The translations under genes and the position numbers were made by a program. Of a stretch of 43,992 nucleotides of DNA, positions 22,405-34,205 are shown piece after piece (position 1 is the stretch's first letter; each line of letters begins with the position of its first letter). The stretch is from Chlorokybus atmophyticus (Eukaryota; Plantae; Mesostigma and Chlorokybus algae), in contig RHPI01000975.1 in the NCBI GenBank assembly GCA_009103225.1, forward strand, positions 54,880-98,871, read 5' to 3'. The notes beneath the pieces are model-generated. The model was not told where the DNA came from, did no database searches, and saw only the letters and a program-made list of their open reading frames with translations.

Positions 22405-23598
22405 GCATTACTCGTCGGCTCTAACTATTAGCCGGCGAGTTTCGTTTAACAAATTGATCAGTAAGTGATTAACATATACACTTTAAGTTAAATTTTGCCT
22501 CTGTTGCTTGACACACACGTGTCAAGCAGCAGAGGCAGTGACGGCCGTCACCTCAGCGGCGGCGTTGCTGGCGACGCTGCTGGCGACGGCCGAAAGTTCG
22601 CCCTTCCCGCCCCACCCTAATGCGCCGCCACGCTTCACAAGAACTATGCACCTCGTCTTGATTGCGCTTCAAAGTGCATATTCATGCTCAGGAACGAGAC
22701 AAGTGGATCGTGAACCTAGATGCATTCGTCTGATCTAAGTAAAATCCGGGTTACGTCGGCAGCATGCTGCTGACCGTGCGATATTCATGTCACATCGACG
22801 GCACTTTGCATCATTCCTAGCCATCGTCGTTACGTCCCGAATGTTAAACGCATTCACAGTTGTTCATCATGTAAACGATACTTATAATGATGAACGCGCA
22901 TGATCGTAGGGCTTATGTTTTCTTGCCAAAGTTGGACTGTAAGTTGAATGATTGTTTGAAACAAAAGGACTATAAATCGTTCATCGTGTACAAAGTAGTA
23001 TAATGGCGTTGCAATGTCCGGTGTTTCGCCGCGTGTCGGGTCAATTGTGTGTGCCTGGGGGCGTGGGTATGCAAGGGTCGACGATGGTTCGCCATGATTT
23101 GTCCGGACCCAAATCCCAGGTGAGTAACGTAGTGTCGTAGATTGTTGGTGTGGTCTATCGAAAGTCTACGCGAGTGGCGGCGGAAGCTGTCAACATAAGT
23201 CCCCGCAAGTTGAGCGCGAAGCAAGTGGTGATTGTGTGCAAGTCCACAAGGCCGCAGCCAACGGTCCGCGAGGACCCAAACCGATTCATCTAACTACAAG
23301 GAATATACTGTCCACGCTAACATTCACGACCAACGCCGACAAGTGCAGTTTTGCCGTGCCTCGGACCAGGCCGGTCCGCGCAGGCGTGCCATGAACGACC
23401 AGGACTTGCGCTGGCTTGGGCAAGTTGTATCCCACCGGACTACCAGACCCAAAGTCCCACGCACCGGCACATCTCAATAGAGACGACATGATAAAACCAC
23501 TCGAGTCCGACGGGCACCACAGCGACCCACGCCTGTCCACCACTTTCGACATGGACCGTTTTGCTTGATGGGACCCCCTCGGGCGATCCGACTGTAGG

Positions 23599-23785
23599 GA
23601 TTAAGGTGGCACCTAACGGCAATCAGGGTTTCATAGTGTCATTGCAGAACTTGACTTGTATTCTACACACATGCACTTCTATAGGTCCCACAAACTCTAG
23701 ACCTTTGTACTGCCAACCAAGGACTGTCTACACACTACTTTTGAACTCTCTGTATGTTCGTTAATAAACTGTACGGCTACTTAAC
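23599..23785 (+). repeat. Dispersed repeat, copy 2 (copy 1 at 14717-14923)
   Basis: See copy 1. Confidence 0.8.
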
Positions 23786-24237
23786 TAGCGGTGCGGCTGA
23801 TTGGGCGTGTGGGCCGACCGGCATTAGGGCACAACAGTCTGGGAGCCCGAGGGGTTCTCGGTAACTCGTTTGGTTGCCGATGTGACGCGTTTTGCGACGG
23901 GGACTCTGGCTGTGTCAACGTCGACGTGCGATGAATTGTCTACGTATGTCGATGTCGCCATGCTTAGACCGGCGGGCTGTGTCGATGTCGACAGGGGCGG
24001 ATTCGACGATTTGAAACCGTGACAATCTGGGTTTATCAACGTCGACAAGCATCGCTCGTGGAACCGTTTGGGCGGCAGGGTGGGTAGTCCAAAATTTAAA
24101 AAGGCGATCAGCACTCCAATTGTCACACTGTGTCACCATCGACATAGATCGACCCATCCGCCTCTGTCTGTATCGACAAACTGTGAACAATCCATGTCAG
24201 TCGTCGGCGACACACACAGCACAACACCAATATTGCT

Positions 24238-24394
24238 TAGTTAACTATTGCCCCATGGGAACCCCTCCTGCTCCTTGACTGACAAGACACATCACACACG
24301 CACCACGCACGACGGCCCCGTGACATACGGCACCCGCGACTGCGGTAAACGCGGCCCGCTTACCTCTCATTGGCTAGGCGGCAATAGTTAACTA
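24238..24394. mobile_element. Putative ~155-bp MITE
   Basis: TAGTTAACTATTGCC (24238-24252) and GGCAATAGTTAACTA (24380-24394) are perfect 15-bp inverted repeats; the outer TA could be a TSD. Confidence 0.55.
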
Positions 24395-24469
24395 TCCACC
24401 GTTCGATCTGTCAAAACAAATCTCGACCGTCCAAAGCTCGTCCCCATGTCGTGCAACTGCTCAAAATAT

Positions 24470-24770
24470 ATGCGAATAATATATACTGTATTTATGATGG
24501 TCTTAATAACTATATGCATTTATGACTACATATAATAATATGCATTGCAATTAATAATAGATATAATAATCTAGATATATATATATATGTATCATAAGTG
24601 CAAACTATACATGATATATATGCACTTATATATGAGTAATCTTATACTATACATATATTACATCATATATATATGAAAGATATGCATAAATATCATAATA
24701 ATACCTAGCATTATACACATTATATGCATATAGTACTATAATATTATCCAATGTTATATATATAGGTAGT
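24470..24770. repeat. AT-rich low-complexity / decayed (TA)n tract
   Basis: Abrupt composition shift to TATA-rich sequence. Confidence 0.85.
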
Positions 24771-24905
24771 GAATATCTTTACTGGGAGGACGCACGCGCA
24801 GCGCGGAGAGGACGGTGGGAGGACACGCCGCCTAGGCGCTTTGTCCTCTGGGAAGATAAGTCGCAAGATAAGTCGCGGCCAGCCCCGGGCGTTTTGCCTG
24901 GGTCC

Positions 24906-25110
24906 TGAAGCAAACCTACACTAAAGGCATGCACGGCGACAGCAAGATGACAACGGCAAATGACAGGCAAAATCAGAACGCGTTAACAAAGGCAGTGAGC
25001 GTCTTTTATACTACACCTAACGAAGCTTCTAAGTTACCGAAACTTCTAGCTAGGTTAGTAATAATGGTGATGACGTTGACGATCGATGGTTCGCGACCAC
25101 CGCCGTTACA
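24906..25110 (-). repeat. 3' LTR of the Gypsy element
   Basis: TGAAGCAAAC...CCGTTACA; preceded on the minus strand by the purine tract GAAGGAGGGAATGG (25111-25124). Confidence 0.95.
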
Positions 25111-27172
25111 CCATTCCCTCCTTCGGTCATGTCCCTATCGACATAAGGTTTCATGCGCGAAACATGAGCCACGGTCATGGTCGCTCTGACACCGTCAGCT
25201 CGTTTCATTATATACGTCACCGGGGAAAGCTTTTCTATTACCTCGTAAGGTCCGGTCCATTTATGAATCAGTTTGTTTCCTAGCCCCCTTTTCAAAACCC
25301 GTGTTCGTACTAGTGCCGTGGTGCCAATGGTGAATGAAATAGTCTGGTGATTTGCGTCGTATTCGCGTTTTTGTCGGTTTTGAGCTTTTCGTAGTTTGCT
25401 GCAGCTTCGTCGTGGATTGTTTGTAAGAATGTGCGCGCGTATTGGGCCCATCCGGTTGCGTCTTTGGTTCCAACGTTTAACTCGTCATTGAATAAGCCTA
25501 TTTCTGCCGGGAGAACCGGTTTGCGCCCATAAAGTGCTTTGAAAGGGCTGATGTCAGTGGACTCATGTACTGAGAAGCGATATGCGGGTAAAGCCATAGG
25601 CACAACATCGTCCCAATTGTCGAGCTCTCGGCCCACGTACATTCAGATGGTGTCTTTGAGGGTTCTATTTCATCTTTCTGTCATGCCATCTGTTTCTGGA
25701 TGGTAAAAGGCTGTAAAACAATGCTGGATGTGGAGTTGTTGACATAAAATGTCCAATACTTGATTTTTAAATGAACTGCCTTGGTCAGATAAAATGCGCT
25801 CCGGGCAAGCGTGATTTGCAATGCAATATTCTAATAGAAAGGCCGCCACGGCGTTTGTCGTGGCGGCTGGGATCGCTTTTGCTATGCCCCACCGCGTTAA
25901 ATACTCCGTCATGACCAATAAGTACTGATTGCCACGTCGTGATCGAGGGAACGGGCCCATTATGTCCCATGCCACAAGCTGAAATGGGCTTTGAACATTA
26001 ATGAATTGTAGAGAGCCAGGTGGCATTTGGGACGGGGAGTTACGCGTTTAACACAGATGGCAGCTCCCCACACAGTCGTGTACGTCCTTTCGCATGTGAT
26101 GCCAAAAGAAATGTCGCCGCAGTTTTTCCAGGGTCTTGAGACGCCCAAAATGGCCGCCGCCATAGCGGTCATCATGCATGGCCTGCATGTACCGTTGCCG
26201 AAGCGCGGACGGTACTACCAGTCTCGGAGGTTCTTGGCCATTTTCTCCAAAATAATATAGAAAATCGCTCACCAATTGAAAGCGCTGTTGCTGCGGCGGC
26301 GGCTGCTCCTCGTACGGTGTCCACCAATCGTCCGTAAGTTGTTGCAGTAGGGACTGGCACCAGGTGTCCGACTGCTGCGCGTGCGCGACATCTTGCAACG
26401 AGGGTACTGGGTCGTCCTTCGTGGTACTGGGAGTCGGTGCCGGCGAGGGGTCTGCAATCATCGGGGCGGGTTCTTCTGCCCCCGCGGCTCTCGTCAGCAG
26501 CGCACAGGAAATGTCACATGCCGCGGAAAGTGGGGCTCGGGAAAGTGCATCGGCGTCCGTATTAGCACAACCGGGCCGCGGGCGAATGGAAAAAGTATAA
26601 GGTTGCATAGCCATTACCCATCGTGCCGCGCGGCCGCGTAGATCTTGTTTAGCAAAAAGTCCCTGAAGCGGTCGGTGGTCGTTTCAATAATTACGTTAGA
26701 ACCGTGCAAGTAAGAATGGAAATGTTTGAATGCCCAGATTACAGCAGCTAATTCCTTGTTTGTAGCGGAATAATTTTGTTCGGCTCCGGTCAGTGCGCGG
26801 CTAACAAGTTGGATGGGACGCATACCGGTGTCGTATTCTTGGCACAGTACGGCTCCCATCCCCACGTCTGAAGCATCAGTCCTTACGACAAATGATTTCT
26901 TAAAGTCCGGATAAGCGAGTACCGGGGCGGCACAGAGTACGGACTTCAAAGCATTAAAGGCTTTCTCGCATGATGTAGTCCACTCGAATGGGGTGTTTTT
27001 GTGCAGTAGACGACGCAACGGCTCACTGATGTCCGGCATGTTGGGAATAAAGCGAACATAGAAAGCACACATACCTAAAAACCTACGTACCGCTTTGGTA
27101 TTATGAGGTTGTGGGAAATCAGCAACGGCCAATGTTTTTGCTGGATCTGCATGAATATCGTCTCGGGATATA
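25090..27172 (-). pseudogene. Gypsy pol 3' part: RT C-terminus, RNase H, integrase (no chromodomain)
   Basis: VRRFLGMCAFYVRFI, VVRTDASDVGMGAVL, NYSATNKELAAV, DADALSR, HFGRLKT...CHLC, AWDIMGPFP, LSDQGSSF, YHPETDGMTER, WTGPYEV, HVSRMKPY. Frameshifted. Confidence 0.95.
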
Positions 27173-27622
27173 GAGCCCGTGCAGCCATGACAAAGGCCAG
27201 TCAGGCTGAACTGAACGCATTCTGCCGAACTGAAGCCGCCACGATGGATTTTGTCAGCCGACTGTGTTCAGTCGGCACAGCCATGCCTCTCGCGGGTTCG
27301 CTGAACCAAAAGCGCGCGTGTAATTCAAATCTACAAAACTTAACTACACTTAAGACTTTCGCGCCTAGTCCTGGTCCTGGTTGTTGCTGGTGGCAGTGGC
27401 AGAGGCGTCGGTGGCGGCCGGCGGCGGCGGCGACCACGCTGGTTGTCAGCCTGCTTAGGTTAAGGTGTCAGGTACTACTTACTGGCAAGCAGTAATTGGT
27501 AAAGACAAGCTGTATGTGGGTGTTATATACATACAGGAGTGACTGACTCTGTTGCAAGTAGTAACGTCTGGGTGCATGGCGTTGAGTGCGTGCGTTTCCT
27601 CAGATGCAATGTGCAATAGGAG

Positions 27623-28113
27623 ATGGCTGAAGACGATATGTATGAGTTGCCCAAATGGTCTGATGATGAGGATGATGCGGAGGTAGGCTCAACCGTGGCA
27701 AGTCATGCCGTGCATGCATGCCTGCAATGCTTTGTAGTGCATTGTAGTGCATCTGTAGGTAGCAATTGCAACGCTTCTGCAGCAGTTCAGCCTTCGACTG
27801 GGTGTTGTGCATGCAGGACCGCCTGCGCGACAACAACATTGATCAGCTGGACGACATGGGGACGCCAACTCAGCCTGCCACACCTCATGTGTTTGAAGTT
27901 GGTGGCATCCAGACCCCTGCCACAGCCTTGTCTCAGTCAGGGGTATGTTACATGTGCATAACGTCCACAAGTGTCACACATACAGGATGAATGTTGCTAA
28001 GGCACAAATGCATAGTTGTGTGTGTATGCGTGTGTGCATGTGCGCACACGTGTGTGTGTGTGTGCGTGCGCGCGCGCGCGCGCGTGTGCGTGTGCGTGAG
28101 TGTGTGTGTGTGT

Positions 28114-28149
<36 letters not shown>

Positions 28150-29756
28150 ACTTGATGGCATATGCATGTGGACATACAACTGAGTAATGTTCGGCTATGT
28201 AGTAACTATGTAGTAACTGAGTTGCAGCAATGTTGATTTGTTGTTGTTGGCTTGAGTGCAGGCAGCGTCCACCTTATTCATGTCAGGCGTTCGGCCTGCA
28301 TTGCAGTTTCCTCTTCCTATCAACATGCCACTCAACTTTGCACCACCAAATGTTCCATTGCTAGCTCCCGCACAGACGCCGCCAGCCCCACAAATGCCGT
28401 CTGTTTCACCACCGTGTATGCCTGCACAGGCTGCTCCGGCGCCACAAGTGACATCTGTTCCACAACCGCCTATGCCTGCACAGGCTCCAGCGCCACAAGC
28501 GCCAGTGCAAACACAACCAGCACATAAAGTTGATGCAATGGAAGTAGAGGTGGGTAAGGTCGGAGGATCATGGGCTTGCAGCTGCTGATGCATGTATGAA
28601 AGTTGATGATTCGTTGTATGTCCTGTTTGTGCGCGGGTGGTGGGTCACTCTTCTTGTTGTTGTGCTATGTGTAACTGAGAATGTGCTGATTTAAACTCAA
28701 CACATGTTGCTTGCGCAGGAGTTGAGGAATGGCAGTGGCATAGCATGGACTGACGCGCTGGTCCGGAAGCTCTTTCTAGCAGAGAAGCAAGTCACGGCAG
28801 CTATTGTCGAGGCGAATGCACAGTGCAAGACCAAGACTGCTGGCAAGTGGGAGCAAATCTATGAGATGATGAAGCCCACACCCTACACAGTCAAACAATG
28901 GCTGAACGCATACGACTACTTAAAGAAGAAGTACACGGTATGTTTGTCTTGCCCTTGTTGATGATATATATGTGTGTGCATGGATGTTATTGGCTTGTGA
29001 GCTAATGCTGTGTTGCTATGCGCGCAGAAGTACAACTCATCCGGGGGGCAAGCAAGTGGGCAAGGCCAAGGAGCTGGTCAAGTTCTGGACCGCAAAACAG
29101 GCGCACCTCTCAAGAAGCCCAAATACTATGACATTGTCCATGAGATTATGAAGACCAAGGCCTCAGCCAACCCAAGCTTCACTGTCTCTTCCATGCCATC
29201 AACAGATGGCAACTTCTGTAGCAAGAGAGACATGGGCTCTGTGCCAGTTCCATCTCGCTCCAGCAGCAAGCGAGCTGCCACGCCCTCCAGCTCCTACATC
29301 GGTAGTGAAAGAGTTCACTTCACACAGGAAGATCCATTGGGCACGGAGGAGCACTTGCCCACCTTTGACGCTATGGACAGTGAGGTTGAAGGGGAGGTGA
29401 AGAAAAAGGGTGTGAAGAAAGAGGACCCTTCATAAGTGACTTCTCCATCCCATCAACGAAGTCACAAGTGCAACCGTCCAACCGGCAGTGCAGCCTCTGA
29501 ATTGAAAGAGCTGCGTGAGCGGACCGTGACCTTCATGGACGAGAGTCAGGTGCTGAATGAAACCATCAGCCAGGTGGCGGTTGATACAAAGGCGCTTGTT
29601 GAGCACTCGAAGGCAATGGTAGAGGCGGTGGTCGCCAGCAATGACCATCAAAAGGCAGTGGAGGCTAACCGTGACAAGCGCCATGCCGAGTCGCTAAGTG
29701 CAGCCAAGGACTTTAATGATCGGTTTCTAGCAATCTTAGAACGCGGTTTTCATTAA
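27623..29756 (+). CDS. Harbinger B Myb/SANT-like partner protein, multi-exon
   Basis: Exons bounded by GT/AG: [12 protein letters not shown]..., Pro/Ala/Gln-rich exon, [12 protein letters not shown]...KWEQIYEMM...[12 protein letters not shown] (trihelix-like W-W-Y), coiled-coil tail ending LERGFH. Exact exon boundaries are partly uncertain. Confidence 0.78.
28018..28148. repeat. (GT)n/(GC)n microsatellite in an intron
   Basis: Visible run. Confidence 0.95.
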
Positions 29757-30216
29757 CACATGGAAAGGGATTGTGTGCTGACACTCGTACTTGCAAGTGA
29801 TCGGCTATTGTCAACAGCAATCGCTCTTTAACTTACTTATTTGTGTCACGCATACATTGCTGGTCTTGGTGTGTGCTGCTTCATGCCTTGCGCATGCTCA
29901 TTACCTTATGCACTTGATTGTGCTGGTCCATAGTCGGGCCTCCGTGCACTTGTGTTCATGCCTCTCGTGCCGTTGCGCATGCGCGTGCGTGTATATAAGA
30001 GATAGTATGCTGGATTATGTGTGCGTGCTGCTCCATGCCTTGCGCATGCGCACTTTTATTACCTTATGTAAACTGTTGGTCCATATGTGCTCTCTTGCGT
30101 GCATGTAGATGTGATGGTCTTGCACATGCACACTTGCTGATGCATGCTTTTCATGCCGTTGCGCTGCCTCGTGCCTTGCGCATGTTCAATGCATGAGTAG
30201 CCAAGCTAAGCAATTC

Positions 30217-31870
30217 TTAACGGATCAAGTACTCAGCTATCAAGTCCCGTTTCAGTTTGGCACCACCAGCTGCCATGTTGGAGCCTAAGGGCACCCCGGT
30301 CTGTGCCTGCAAGTTCAGTAGGCGGATGCGCTTTGCTGCTCGCCGCCGTTCACGCCGCGACACCACCACCTCGTGCCTCCTCTCATTGTGCAGTTGGACG
30401 ACATTGTGCAGTATGGCCGTAGCTGTAATGATGAGACATGCCGTTTCAAATCGAGTCTTCACCTGTGAATGCATGCGTCAGCTGCGCATGCACATGCACA
30501 TGCATCACGTTCTCATTCATATTTGCAAGAGAAGTTGCTGCCAGCAATTATATGTTAACTCACCTTGTAAAGCAGGACACGCCAAGTGTTCTTCCACAAG
30601 CCGATGGTTTGCTCGATAGCTATGCGTGTCGCTGACTGCACGTAGTTGTATACCTCTTGCTTAGGAGGTAAGTGGTTGCCGTCGTACGGAGTCATGATCT
30701 TGGTCGTCAAAGGGTAGGCAGCATCTCCAACCAAGTACCCCATTGCAGGAAGTTCGTGATCCAGCAAGTATTGGCTAACCGGTGCAAAGTTGAACACAGT
30801 AGAGTCGTGATTGCAACCAGCACAGCCGACATGCAGATTCGTGATGTTGAATTTGTCATCACAAATAACCAAGCAATTGGTGGAGTAAAACTTCTTATAA
30901 TTGCGATAGCTCTCATCTTTTTCTTGTATCTCCACATGGGTGCCATCAACCGATCCGACGCAGCCCTTCATGCCGTTAGTATGGGTTGTGTAGCCACGCA
31001 TTTCAAAGCCAGACTGAATGGCCGCCACACCCCTTCGCCCAGCAGGACGTCCCAATGCAGCAGGCCACACCGGCCCCTCTGGAAACCTAACAGGAGCAAC
31101 TTGATCAGCCATCCACACGCATATACAATTGCCTTAAACAATATGCATGAAAGCAGCACATCAACATTAATACCTAATAAAATGATCCATCATGCGCTGC
31201 ACAATGGCGCCACATACAATGGGAACCTCTTGAGCAATGGTGGAGATGCCAAGACCGAATAACTTACTAACTGCAGCGAAGTCAGCTCCAGTAGCTAGGT
31301 AGTAAAGCACTGCAGCTACCCTGCGCTCAAGTGTGATGGCTTTGACCCAACGAGAATCCTCTACTTCTACATCAGCACGGATGGCCTCACACACAAGCTT
31401 AAATACTGCGCGCTCCAACCTAAAGTGTTTTACAAACCTCTCCTCACTAAATTGAGGCACCCAGTGATCCCACCAAAGCTTATGTCTAGGCAAAGACTGC
31501 ACACGAAGACGCAAAGGACCAGCACCCACTGCCATCATACACGTCTGACTGGATGATGATAATTGCCTGAACAACATCAGCAACACCTGCACAACCACAA
31601 CCAGAACACTACTAGCCATAGCGACAAGCATTCTATGCTGCTGCATAACTACATCATATGTTGCATCGTCCAGCAACTCCTCCTTCTGACGCATTGTTAA
31701 GAGCATCGCATTATGCCGCTGGAACAGCATCAGGATCAGACGCATCTGTGCAAGTAGAGCACGCACACCTACACACAATGACACACATCATCAACACACA
31801 TAGATTGCTAGTTGTAGCTACAAAGCATACTGCTGTTTGATGTGTAATGTTGTGTATACTTACCTTCCAT
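30217..31870 (-). CDS. Harbinger B DDE transposase (DDE_Tnp_4/HARBI1-like), intron-containing
   Basis: FVKHFRLERAVF, VAAVLYYLATG, GCVGSVDGTHV, GCNHDSTVF, LVGDAAYPL, TRIAIEQTIGLWKNTWRVL, ACLIITATAILHN. Confidence 0.92.
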
Positions 31871-32368
31871 GGATCCACTGTCGCTGCTCGAAGAGGCAGG
31901 AAGGCGATGGTGTTGCCCTAGCCCCAACCAGCCTCAACCTACCCACCGCCGCACCAGACAAGCCTGATAGCGATGCCACTAGCCCAAGCACCAATGACCA
32001 ACACATCACCAAGCCCCCACCGCCGCCGCCGTCGTGACCGTCATTGTCACCCTCCCCGCCGCCGCCGCCACTGCCCGCAGCCAGGAGACGGAGGCGGGAA
32101 AACTAGATTTACGGGGTTAGCCGCCATAACTGGCCCCTTACCTCGTATTACAGGGCTCGAAAAGCCCTGTAAAATTCGGACTGAAGGCTGATGCCACATC
32201 GGCATCGACCGACGCCACGTAGGTGCCAACTGGATGGTTCAGTCGGCGCAGAAAGCACATGTCTATGCCGACTGAACCTGAAGTTTTCGATTAATTCGAG
32301 CCGCGGGGGGGCTTTTGGGTCAGGTTTACCGGGTCAGCCGGCTTCCCACGCCATGGCTGCACGGGCTC

Positions 32369-34205
32369 ATAATGTAGCCAAGAAACTTCAGCTGCTTCAT
32401 GCCAAATTCACATTTTGATCAACGAATTTGCATTTTATGCTGTCGTAATCTTGCCACTGCCGCCTCAACGTCTCGAATGTGCTGCTCCCATGATTTCGAG
32501 AATATAATAATATTATCCACATAAATGCCTCTTTACCACGAAAAATGCCGTCCATGGTTCGTTGAAATGTTGCTGGGGCGTTGCATAAACCAAATGGCAT
32601 AACCTTAAATTGATAAAGACCCTTATCAGTGCGGAACGCCGTTTTTTCCGCGTCCTCAGGTGCCATGAGTATTTGCCAATAGCCGGATGCCAAATCAAGT
32701 TTTGAAAAATAAAAGAGCCGCCGAGTTTATCAAGAATATCCGTAATTAGCGGCGGATATCTGTCCGGTTTGGTGACAGCGTTGAGACGCCGGTAATCTAC
32801 TACCAAATGGAAATCGGTACCATTTGCTTTGGGGACGACGATCGGCTCAGTTGACCAGGGACTGGATGACGGCTCAATGATATGGTTGGCAAGCATGTCA
32901 GATACGAACTTGCAATGATTGCACTCTCTTTCGGGGATTTGCGATCTTGTGGTACTTTTATGGGCAGGCTGTCGCCGGTGACAATGTGGTGCTGTACATG
33001 ATTGCTTTGCGTTGGGTGCGTCGCGGCAATAATGTTCGACAGGTTCGCGATTAGTTTCTTGATGTCAGCACGTTCATTTTCGGTCATAGCACATTGTACT
33101 GACTTGGTTTCTGACGGCGAACGAGGTATTAGTCCCGCACGTGGATGCCAAAGTCCCTTTTCAGAGCACCAGGACTTAGTCTTCATAATCCAATCGAAAC
33201 CGATAGAAATACTGAATAATTGGCCGGGGAGTACATAAAATGTGACGGTGTCTTGTAGCAACTGATTGAAATGTACAGGGACTTTAACAAATGCGGTGGT
33301 AGTAGATGAGGCTTTGCCATCTCCAAATGTGACACGCACTGGCTGTGCACTTGTGCCAATTTCAAAACGCATACGTCGAGCAAATTCAGCATTCATAGTA
33401 CATAAAGAGGAACCGGTGTCAATCAAAGTTGTTATCGGCAATGGAGGAGTTCCTATGCCTAGACACACTGTTAAAACTGCCTTTTTCCCTCTACTAACCG
33501 CTTGTTGAGTTGCTAGCGTGGGCGCGGCCCTGTTCACACTCACGCTTAATCGTTTTCCTGCAAAATGTGGGGCGCGGGGATTGACAGCTCGGCTTCATCT
33601 TCGTCAAATTGAACGTTTTGTCGTTCCTGACGAGGTGTCTGCTGTCGGCGTGGGCGGCGGCAGTACTTGGCGACGTGACCGTAACAATCGCAGTTAAAAC
33701 AACGTGGGCGTCCCTCGACATCGCGCTCCGGAAGTCGCTGCGGCATTTGTCGTACCTGGTATGGAGTCCGACTGTCGCGCGCCGATGGTTGTGAGTACTA
33801 AGCAGACTGCGAATCCACGTCCATCGGTCTCGCCGTGTCAGTGAGGACAGGTACCGACTGTAAAGTACTGATCGGTGGCATGGTGTTAAATGTAGCCAAA
33901 GTAGGGGCGGGCTGGGCTTTGAAATTAATTAACTGCCGTGCCGTTTCAATCCTTTGAGCGATGGCGAAAGCTTCCGCCAGGGTAGCAGGTGCATGAACCA
34001 TTATTACTTGGGCATATGAAGGTTGCATGCTTGGCCATAGAAAACTCAATTTGACGTCTTCCTTCATGGTTGGGTCCGCACGGGCAATCAATTGCTTGAA
34101 TCTAATAGCAAACGCTGTAACACTCTCCGTAGCTGACTGTTTCAACTGATGTAGCTTCTGCAACGCTGCTGCAATGAAATTGGGCTGTCCAAACTGAGCT
34201 CTTAA
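32369..34205 (-). pseudogene. Gypsy gag C-terminus (CCHC knuckle), protease, RT N-terminus
   Basis: LHQLKQSATESVTAFAIRFKQL, CFNCDCYGHVAKYC, LIDTGSS, VVDYRRLNAVT, ASGYWQI, FKVMPFGLCNAPATFQR. Confidence 0.95.

Larger units (their letters stand above)
16566..23006 (+). mobile_element. Tyrosine-recombinase (DIRS-order) retrotransposon, PAT/kangaroo-type, full length but decayed
   Basis: Split direct repeats A1 16566-16746, B1 ~22236-22404, A2 22402-22596, B2 ~22839-23006. ORF1, RT, RNase H and MT on +; YR on -. No TSD; shared TGG core at all junctions. Confidence 0.9.
27173..32368. mobile_element. PIF/Harbinger element B, inserted in Gypsy RT
   Basis: 17-bp perfect TIR GAGCCCGTGCAGCCATG, ATA TSD (27170-27172 and 32369-32371). 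Excision restores FLGYII|SRDDIHADP. Confidence 0.95.

Noticed and set aside
27945-28187. Poly-HT / poly-VC ORFs (also SL/ER runs at 10454-10759 and 12891-12955)
   Set aside because: Translations of (GT)n and (AG)n microsatellites
30672-31262. 196-aa plus-strand ORF opposite the Harbinger transposase, and similar antisense ORFs over pogo and Gypsy
   Set aside because: Shadow ORFs of genuine coding sequence on the other strand
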